DNA of 64,000 nucleotides from assembly GCA_002269645.1 (NCBI GenBank), contig NIVC01000380.1, positions 186,001 to 250,000 on the forward strand. The letters are read 5' to 3'. Positions within the stretch are counted from its first letter, which is position 1; each line of letters opens with the position of its first letter. This stretch comes from Macrostomum lignano. Lineage: Eukaryota. Under the pieces are notes generated by a model that saw only the letters and a program-made list of their open reading frames with translations, was not told where the DNA came from and searched no databases. The translations under genes and the position numbers were made by a program. This document shows positions 33,501 through 44,500 of the stretch, in pieces.

Positions 33501-36500
33501 GCAATTAACGCCCAGCTTGAGGGCTAATCCCCTCACCCCCAAAGTGTACATGCCTAACGATAAATAAAGTGTGTGCCTGTGCGTATGACTGCGTACGTAT
33601 CCGCGCGCTTGTGTGCCTGCTCAGGGGAGTCGGCGGAATGTGCAGCCAATGCCTCTCGCCGGTTGTGTGACAATGTCGCTTAAAGTGCGCCAGGGTGCAC
33701 ATAACCAGACTAAAACATCAGTTTAGTATAATTTAGAGTAATAAGGATTTATAATTGAATAATAGTTTATTATTTTTTCGTGTTGTTGTTCATCCGTCTA
33801 ACTGCACGCAGCGTCTAACAAGTGTGTTTAAATTCTGTTTATTCTCTGTCACTCTGCTGTTGTGTATGAGTATTGAAAGAAACTTTTTTTGTATTTTAAC
33901 TGAAATCGTTTCTTTTTTCCCAGGTATCAAGTTATTTGACAGATTCTGAAATGCAGGTAAATAGGACTAAGTACTTTAGGGATATGAAATTTAAAATTTC
34001 TACTAAATTAACACAGAAATTTTAATTGTTGGAATTTTTATTGTTTAAAATCTGCAATAAACGGATTCAAGTATTTGGCAACAAAAATAATTTCTGACCT
34101 GTTTAAAATATGATTAATGTAGTTTAAATTACATGTATAAAATTATTTATTAACTTATTCTCTAACATACTTTTTGTATAGTAACAATTTCTTTCAAGAT
34201 AACTAAGATTAGTAGTTTTTTTTTAAATTGGAACTGGCTCAGACATTGAATAGCAGGTGTGAATCAATGTGACAGCTAATTATGTAGAGATTGAGTAGCA
34301 GGTGTGAATCAATGTGACAGCTAATTATGTAGAGATTGAGTAGCAGGTGTGACTCAGTGAGACAGCTAATTACATAGAGATTGAGTAGCAGGTGTGGCTC
34401 AATGGGACAGCTAATTATATAGAGATTGAGTAGCAGGTGTAGCTCAATGTGACAGCTAATTATGTAGAGATTGAGTAGCAGGTGTGACTCAGTGAGACAG
34501 CTAATTATGTAGAGATTGAGTAGCAGGTGTGACTCAATGTGACAGCTAATTATATAGAGATTGAGTAGCAGGTGTGACTCAATGTGACAGCTAATTATAT
34601 AGAGATTGAGTAGCAGGTGTGAATCAATGTGACAGCTAATTATATAGAGATTGAGTAGCAGGTGTGAATCAATGTGACAGCTAATTATATAGAGATTGAG
34701 TAGCAGGTGTGAATCAATGTGACAGCTAATTACATAGAGATTGAGCAGCAGGTGTAGCTCAGTGTGACAGCTAATTATGTAGAGATTGAGTAGCAGGTGT
34801 GACTCAATGTGACAGCTAATTATATAGAGATTGAGTAGCAGGTGTGACTCAATGTGACAGCTAATTATATAGAGATTGAGTAGCAGGTGTGAATCAATGT
34901 GACAGCTAATTACATAGAGATTGAGTAGCAGGTGTGGCTCAATGGGACAGCTAATTATATAGAGATTGAGTAGCAGGTGTAGCTCAGTGTGAGCTTAAGA
35001 GCTAGACCAGAAGTGACTCAATGTGCATATATATTACTTACACATATGCAACAAGTTACAGAGTGTAATATTACAAAAACAACCATTTGTTAATCTGCAG
35101 TATCTGCTAAGCCAGTCTGAGTCTACTCCGCTCTACCAGAGCACCTCAGCTGCGGCTACTGCCGCTTCTGCAGCTCCACCTGCTCAACAGTTGCCTGCAC
35201 TTAGCGAAGGAGTTGAACCTGTTGAACAGACCACCCAACAGCAACAACAGCAGCAGCAACAACAGCTAGAAGACCGCACCAGAAGTCCTAGTCGCCTAGT
35301 ATTAGCACTAAGCCACGCAGGTGCTCCATTGTTAAGCCGTGGCTTAACCAGAATCCGAGCTTTCCTTATGAGCGTCAGTCATATATTAGCTTTAATTATA
35401 ATGATGTGCTGGAGCGTCACCTATGTCTCCATAGCAACTGCGCCATTTTTATTGATCGCCTGTATACTATGGCTGTTGCCGGGCACAAAGAGGAGCACAC
35501 TGACCCTGTGCCCGCTGCTAGCTCTGTACGGTACCGGCTTGTTGATGGTGAATTTTGTGTTCAATTTCGATTTGCAAGACATCTATTTGGCCGGACTGAA
35601 TGCTAGCCAGTTGCGTCAGGCCGGCTTGCAGATTTATCCCCAACCATGGGCTACGTTTAGTGCTCAGGCGGCTTTCTGTTGCGCTTTCTTTGTTGGAGTT
35701 TGGTCTCTGGTAGCTGGGAGACGCTTGATTGCCACTGCTGCTGTGCCTAGCGCCGCTCCTGCTGCACCCGTTGATTCGTCGAGTTCAACTTCCAGTCTTC
35801 GAATGCGACGCGTAGGCGGCCAGCAACAGGAGAGTCGCCAAGCATTTGGCGCTTCCGGTCGCAAAGTGGAAACTCTGCTAGTGGAATTAATGAGCAAATA
35901 TTCTGTGCTGGTGTGCTGCATATTCTGGCTATTAATGTGCTCCTGGCTGGATGTCAACGTTAATAGAGTCATTGTTATGGCTATGTTTCTGTACTTTCTG
36001 TTCACTTTTCGGGTGAGTTTGTTAGTGTTTCTTAGATTCTTTTTAAAATTATCTTATCTGAATGATTTATGACCTTACCTGTATGATTTATGACCTCATC
36101 TGCATAATATATGACTTTAAATGAATGATTTATTGATTTATGACCGAAACTGTATGATGTATAACCAAAATATATGATTTATGACCAATATCTGTATGAT
36201 TTATGATTAATATCTGTATGATTTATGACTAATATCTGTTTGATTTATGACCCAAACCGTATGATTTTATGACCGAAACTGTATAATTTATGACAAATAT
36301 CTGTATGATTTATGACAAATATCTGTATGATTTATGACAAATATCTGTACGATTTATGACCCACACCGTATGATTTATAACCGAAATTGTATGATTTATG
36401 ACAATATCTCAATGATCTGTATGATTTATGACCCCTGTATGGTTTATGATTCTACCTGGAGCACAATCATTTAATGTTTACACTTGCTGTACGCATAAAA

Positions 36501-38413
36501 GCTCCAATAACAATTTAACGATGAAATTTGCAGGTGTCATTCTCATTCTGGAAGCGGCAATTGCTAGCCATATTCATCATTCTGGTGCTCTACTCTATGC
36601 TGGTGTTGCTGCTAATCTACGCTTATCAGTTTGACAGCGTGCCGGAATTTATTACTAAAATAACCAGCCTACAGCCTGCTGTGTGAGTTCAGTCTCCCTG
36701 CTCTGCAGAGTACAATCCATGAGCTCATTGCAGCTGCCCTCATCACCACACACTTGTCACTCTACCCTACCCTTCCTGAACACTCTACCCTACCCTCCCT
36801 CATCACTCTACCCTCGCTCACCACTCTACCCTACACTCCCTCATCAATCTACCCTCGCTCACCACTCAACCCTCAGTCACCACTCTACCCTACCCTCACT
36901 CACCACTCAACCCTCACTCACCACTCTACTCTACCCTCGCTCACCACTCTACCCTACCCTCACTCATCACTCTACCCTCGCTCACCACTCTACCCTCACT
37001 CACCACTCTACCCTACCCTCACTCACCACTCAACCCTCACTCACCACTCTACCCTACCCTCACTCACCACTCTACCCTACCCTCCCTCATCACTCTACCC
37101 TCGCTCACCACTCTACCCTGCCCTCCCTCATCACTCTACCCTCACTCACCACTCGACCCTACCCTTCCTAAGCGCTCTACCCTACCCTCCATTATCACTC
37201 TACCATACTCTTGCTCACAACTCTACTCTACGCTCCCTCCTCACTCTGCCCTACCCTCTTCACTCTATCCTACCCTCCTCACTCTACCCTACCCTCCTCA
37301 CTGTACCCTCCCTCTGAGTCCTTTATTGACATTTTGCCCTTCTTCAGCGCAACATTTTAATCTGATTTATTTCAGCCTGAAAGACATCGGCATCGAGAAA
37401 TACGAGACTGCCCAACTGTTTCTCAACCTGCTCTTCCCAACCTCCTTCATCATCGTTATCATGATTTATGTCAAGAATTTTCATGCCACCTTTATGCGAT
37501 TGATCAGCCCGAGAGGCCGGGATTCCACTGATAATGCCGGATTGCAGGACGATGAAAATGATGACGTTGCTGATGAAGATGGTCAAAATGTTGAGGAAGC
37601 TGGAAGCGCGGCTCGCGGGGACGGAGAAGCTGCTACAGAGGGCGCGGCTGCTGCTGCTGCTAAGAAACGCAGTGAGTAGATGAGGGAGTGTGTGATGAGA
37701 GAGGGTAAGGGTAGAGTGAGGAGGGTTAAGGTCGAGTGAGAAAGGTAGGGTAGAGTGAGGAGGGTAGGGTAGAGTGAGGCGAGTAGGGTAGAGTGAGGCG
37801 GGTAGGGTAGAGTCAGGCGGGTAGGGTAGAGTCAGGCGGGTAGGGTAGAGTGAGGCGGGTAGGGTAGAGTGAGGCGGGTAGGGTAGAGTGAGGCGGGTAG
37901 GGTAGAGTGAGGCGGGTAGGTTAGAGTGAGGCGGGTAGGGTAGAGTGTGGCGGGTAGGGTAGAGTGAGGAGGGCAGGGTAGAGTGAGGAGGGCAGGGTAG
38001 AGTGAGGAGGGCAGGGTGGAGTGAGGAGGGCAGGGTATAGTGAGGAGGGCAGTGTAGAGTGATAAGGAGGTTAGGGTAGGGTGCAGTTAAAATAGTAATC
38101 CCTAGCGAATAATCATTATAAAGTGCAGTAGACAATATGTAATGCTACTTCGTATTTTTTCGAGGCTTGCACAAAGGCAAAAATCAGTAATCCTCTGATC
38201 CCCGCATCGATTGCAGGCCAGCGTCAGCGCAATTTCAACACCCTACTGTTGCGTCTCAACCAGCTGTATAACGCCTATTCAATGAAGTTTTCTCCCACCG
38301 TGTGGCGCCTGATGGAAGTCCACTGGTGGAAAATTGTAGGGTTGGTGATCGTGTGCGTTGCAGTCTCGCCTATTGAGGGCTCCAATGTAAGTCTGTCTGT
38401 CTGTCTGTCTGTG

Positions 38414-38480
<67 letters not shown>

Positions 38481-38515
38481 GTGTCTGTCTGTCTGTCTGT
38501 CTGTCTTAGTGTCTT

Positions 38516-38576
<61 letters not shown>

Positions 38577-41500
38577 GTGTCTGTCTGTCTGTCTGTCTGT
38601 CTTTGTCTGTCTCTGTCTGTCTGTCTGTCTATATGTATCCATCTATTTCAGTTCGACGCCTCCAATCTCATCTATGCTGGCCTATTGCCACTGTATCTGC
38701 TGGCTCCGGAACCTGTGTCTGTTGTTTACCTGGCTTGGAGCAGCCTGCTCATCTTGGCCAAGATGATCTACCAGCTGAATCTGGTTAGGGATCCTCTAGC
38801 GCCGTATGCGGTCAAAAATTGCACGGTAAGATTGAGGCTGGTTGGGGTGACGAGAGTAGTTAGAGTGACTAGGTTAGGCTTTGGAGTGACTAGGTTAGGG
38901 TTTGGAGTGACTAGGTTAGGGTTTGGAGTGACTAGGTTAGGGTTTGGAGTGACTAGTTAGGCTTTGGAGTGACTAGGTTAGGGTTTGGAGTGACTAGGTT
39001 AGGCTTTGGAGTGACTAGGTTATGGTTTGGAGTGACTAGGTTAGGCTTTGGAGTGACTAGGTTAGGGTTTGGAGTGACTAGGTTAGGGTTTGGAGTGACT
39101 AGGTTAGGGTTTCGAGTGACTAGTTAGGCTTTGGAGTGACTAGGTTAGGGTTTGGAGTGACTAGGTTAGGCTTTGGAGTGACTAGGTTAGGCTTTGGAGT
39201 GACTAGGTTAGGCTTTGGAGTGACTAGGTTAGGGTTTGGAGTGACAAGGTTAGGGTTTGGAGTGACTAAGTTAGGGTTTGGAGTGACTAGGTTAGGGTTT
39301 GGAGTGACAAGGTTAGGGTTTGGAGTGACTAGGTAAGGGTTTGGAGTGACTAGGTTAGGGTTTGGAGTGACTAGGTTAGGGTTTGGAGTTAGGAACTAGG
39401 ATGACTAATATGATTTAGGGGATAAGTCTAATTGAAAATGCAGAAGAAGAGAGTGACCAGAACAGTGTAACTCTCGCATCCGCAGGCAAACTCCAGCAAG
39501 CCAGACGGGCAGTCCAATGCCACCAGTCTGCCAGAGGGTATTTATGCTGATAATTTTCGTTACTTTGGTTTGCACGTGCCTAATGGAAGCGGCAGCGACA
39601 GCCTGTTCCCTCACCTGATGTTGCACGCGTCGATAGTAGTCTGTCTAGCTGTCCAGCACATTGTCCGGCTGAAACAGCGTCACAGGCGTTTATTAAATGG
39701 CGAATCCGGTTTAGCGCCGAAGCATAATTTAATATTTCCAGAGTTTACATTTATCGAATTTGAGGCGTTCTATTGTCAGCGTGTGAGCTCTGGTAGTGGC
39801 GGAGTCTGTCCAGTGGTTCCGGGTGGCAACAGTCAGCATCGAGGCGTTCTGTCCGTTGGGGCACAGTTCTTTGCCAATTTTTTTGGCTACAAACTCGGCT
39901 TAGAGCTGTCCTGTATTGCCATAGTGATTAGCGCCGGTTTGAGATTAGATATTTTTAGCTGCGTCTATCTGCTGTTCCTGTTGTTGTTCAACTTTTTAAG
40001 ACGGGACACAATTAGGAAGCTGTGGCCACTGCTGCATCTGCTGGTTGGGATTGGATTTAGTCTTCAGTTCTGTTTGGCCTGCGGAATCCCGCCGATGCTG
40101 TGCTTAAAGTATCCTTGGTTTGATGGAGTTAATAACATTGTGTTCTCGGACAATGCTAGACAGTGGTTGTTCCTGCCGGCCTATGGGGTGCCGCCTAGGG
40201 CTGAGAAACTCATTGGTGAGTAAAGTACAGTCTTGCTGTAAAGTACATATACATTTTAGGTCACTTAAGAGTGCTTTACAATTAGGACACTTTAGGCACT
40301 TAGGCAAGGCAAGGTTAGTACTTTAGGCAAGGTTAGGCCATTTTAGAGTGTTTTGGACACATTCCAGACACTTGCAGAGACACATTGCAGACACTTGCAA
40401 AGACATTTCAGACACTTGCAGAGACACATTCCAGACACTTGCAGAGACATTTCAGACACTTGCAGAGACATTTCAGACACTTGGAGAGACACATTGCAGA
40501 CACTTGCAAAGACATTTCAGACACTTGCAGAGACACATTTCAGACACTTGCAGAGACATTTCAGACACTTGCAGAGACATTTCAGACACTTGCAGAGACA
40601 TTTCAGACACTTGCAGACACATTTCAGACACTTGCAGAGACACATTTCAGACACTTGCAGAGACATTTCAGACACTTGCAGAGACATTTCAGACACTTGC
40701 AGACACATTTCAGACACTTGCAGAGACATTTCAGACACTTGCAGAGACATTTCAGACACTTGGAGAGACACATTGCAGACACTTGCAAAGACATTTCAGA
40801 CACTTGCAGAGACACATTTCAGACACTTGCAGACACATTTCAGACACTTGCAAAGACATTTCAGACACTTGCAGAGACACATTTCAGACACTTGCAGAGA
40901 CATTTCAGACACTTGCAGAGACATTTCAGACACTTGCAGAGACATTTCAGACACTTGCAGAGACATTTCAGACACTTGCAGACACATTTCAGACACTTGC
41001 AGACACATTTCAGACACTTGCAGAGACATTTCAGACACTTGCAGAGACATTTCAGACACTTGGAGAGACACATTGCAGACACTTGCAAAGACATTTCAGA
41101 CACTTGCAGAGACACATTTCAGACACTTGCAGACACATTTCAGACACTTGCAGAGACATTTCAGACACTTGCAGACACATTCCAGACACTTGCAGAGACA
41201 TTTCAGACACTTGCAGAGACATTTCAGACACTTGCAGAGACATTTCAGACACTTGCAGAGACACATTTCAGACACTTGCAGAGACACATTTCAGGTGAGA
41301 CACATTTATGACAAAAAATTGCAGCGGACTACTTCCTGCTGTTGGCCATCACCTGTCAGAGGCGAGTATTCAACGTTGAGAACACTCCCGGATCGCCTGG
41401 CTACGTGAACTCCAACAGTCCGATCTGGACTGATGTGGCCTCGGAATTGAAGCTGCGCTGCTCGTTCTTGGATGTTAAGTAAGATTTTTAATACCACATT

Positions 41501-44500
41501 ATTATATTAAGTTGCGTTTCGACTAACTTTTATAGCTTTGCTCGTAGCGTAGTTTTTAAAACATTTATTTTAAAAGAAATAGGGGGTTGTAGCCTAGTGG
41601 TCAGAGCGTCGGACTCGCGACTGAAAGGTCGGGGGTTCGATTCTCGACCTACTCGGAACAATTGGTGTCTTTGAACAAGACACTTAACTCTGCATTGCAT
41701 CAGTTCACCCAGCTGTAAAATGGGTGTAATTGAGGGTGTGTGGCGACCCCCCAGTCCTTGGACTGAACAGCCGTACGCAGCCTTCAGATGCGCTGCGCAA
41801 TAGCTGCGGCTGAGCTGTCGGTTGCACATCTGGCCCAGTTGGGGCTGGTGTAATAAAAAATAAAACATGTATAAAATAAAATATAACCTTTAGTTTTATT
41901 GTTAGTCAGTTTGTCAGTGAGTTAGTTACTCGGTCGGTCAGGCAGTCAGTCAGTCAGTCAGTCGGGCAGTCAGTCAGGCAGGCAGTCAGTCAGGCAGGCA
42001 GTCAGGCAGGCAGTCAGGCAGGCAGTCAGGCAGGCAGTCAGTCAGTCAGTCAGTCAGTCAGTCAGTCAGTCGGGCAGTCAGTCAGGCAGGCAGTCAGTCA
42101 GGCAGGCAGTCAGGCAGGCAGTCAGGCAGGCAGTCAGGCAGGCAGTCAGTCAGTCAGTCAGTCAGACAGGCAGTCAGTCAGTCAGTCAGTCAGTCAGACA
42201 GGCAGTCAGTCAGTATCAAATACCAAATGCAATATGAAACTGCCCTCAGAATCGGAGAGCCGGTCAGCATGGCCTTCAAACTGATATTTCTCTGGCTATT
42301 CTGGCTTTGCACATTCGCTCTGCTTCTACTCGGCTTCTTGTCCTTCAATCTGCTGTCATTTTTCTACATCCTGTCGGCATTCTACCTGTTTGCCAAGGGT
42401 CACCAGTTTCTGCTGCAAGACCGGAGGCGGCTAGTTCGAATCTGGAGCCTTGTGATTGGCCTGAATGTGTTCTCTATCCTGTGCAAATGCGGCTTACAAT
42501 TGATTGGCTGCTCAACTAAGCTCTATCTTAGCGAATGGTCTACTCAGCTGTTTGGCATTCAGTGCTTGAATATGCGAGTATTCCCCGACTATAAGCCACC
42601 GCCACCAAGCACTGACAGTCCTGACTATGTGCCATCTGCCGCTGTCAACAATCCTGGCATAGTTATGGATATGGTCTGTTTCGTGCTGCTCATCCTGCAG
42701 AAGCGAGTATTCTTAACTAAGTACTTTACCGAGGTCCGTCTGGATACTGAGATACAGAACTCGTTCACGTCTAAGGGTGCCAGAATCATCACCATCACGT
42801 TGCGTCGGATTATGGAGGCCAACCAGCGAGAGGATAAAAATGAAATTGAATATGTTCGCCGAAAGGTGGAACATCTGCAGTCGAGGAAGCGGCAGAAACG
42901 GGAGCTCACTGATCACTTTCAGGTGAAATGCAGCTCTGATGAAGAACAATCGCCCTCTAGTCACTCTGATAAACAAAAATCGCCCTCTAGTCACTCTGAT
43001 AAACAAAAATCGCCCTCTAGTCACTCTGATAAACAAAAATCGCCCTCTAGTCACTCTGATAAACAAAAATCGCTTTCTTGTCACTCTGATAAACAAAAAT
43101 CGCTTTTTTGTCACTCTGATAAACAAAAATCGCTTTCTTGTCACTCTGATAAAGAAAAACCGCCATCTTGTCACTCTGATAAAGAAAATCGCCCTCTAGT
43201 CACTCTGATAAAGAAAAATCGCCCTCTTGTCACTCTAATAAAAAAATCGCCCTCTTGTCACTCTAATAAAAAAAATCGCCCTCTAGTCACTGATAAAGAA
43301 AAAATCGCCCTCTAATCACCCTAACAATAAAAATCGCCCTCTAGTCACTCTGATATAGAAAAAATCGCCCTCTAGTCACTCTGATATAGAAAAAATCGCC
43401 CTCTAGTCACTCTGATAAAGAAAAAATCACCCTCTAATCACCTTAACAATAAAAATCGCCCTCTAGTCACTCTGATAAAGAAAAATCGCCATCTAGTCAC
43501 TCTGATAAACAAATATCGCCTTCTAGTCACTCTAGTAAAGAAATAATTATCTCATTTAGCCACTTCCCACTAATAAAGCAGCGCACACCGAACCGCAGGT
43601 GGTCCGATCCGGCACCAAAGATCTGTTCTACACCACAGACGAGCACGGCAACAAAGTGTTATCGATTGAAGAGCCAAGCGACATTGAAGAGCCCGACCCT
43701 CAAATGCAGCCATCAACAGCTGAGACTCTGTTTGAGCAGGGTGTGCTCAAAGCCAACGAATTTGCTCAGAAGCCGAGCCAAGTACTGCGCAAAACTATTG
43801 GCAATCTGAGCAGGCGCCAGTCTCGCTCCTACTCAGCCACCGAGGATGAGGCTTATCGCAGAATCTCAGCCGAGAACCGTCCGCCATCTTCGTTGGCTTC
43901 TTCGGACGAATTCCAAGTCTCGTCCAGTCGTCCTACCAGTCAGTATCGGAGACTCACCATCACTGAGGAGGAGGACTCGTCTGAGACTGTTGGGGCGGCT
44001 GCTGAAACTGAGGAAAGTAGTGGAGTGGCAGCGTTGGGATCTGATCAGGTGAGAGTTGAGAGGAAACTTTAGTAGCAATATCAGTAATAATATACTCGCA
44101 GGAAAGAATATACCAAGGAATAAGGTTGTTGTTAGGCCGTCGCTAGGCCGTTAGGCTGTCATTAGGCCGTTAGGCCGTTGTTAGACCATCGCTAGGCCGT
44201 TGTTAGACCATCACTAGGCCGTTGTTAGGCCATCGCTAGGCCGTTGTTAGGCATCGCTAGGCCGTTGTTAGACCATCGCTAGGCCGTTGTTAGGCCATCG
44301 CTAGGCCGTTGTTAGGCCATCGCTAGGCCGTTGTTAGGCCATCGCTAGGCCGTTGTTAGGCATCGCTAGGCCGTTGTTAGGCATCGCTAGGCCGTTGTTA
44401 GACCATCGCTAGGCCGTTGTTAGGCATCGCTAGGCCGTTGTTAGGCATCGCTAGGCCGTTGTTAGACCATCGCTAGGCCGTTGTTAAACTGTTGCTAGGC

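Noticed and set aside
34245-34992. Regularly spaced 33-50-bp repeats (also 14738-15850, 46520-47592, 57395-57877) superficially like CRISPR arrays
   Set aside because: Units are head-to-tail with no unique spacers, no cas genes, and the context is eukaryotic introns.
40348-41408. RHLQRHF / CKCLKCL repeat ORFs; likewise GQPPR ORFs at 50040-50776 and 54657-55647 and ORFs at 57326-57939
   Set aside because: Minisatellite translations open in multiple frames; they lie in introns or intergenic DNA.
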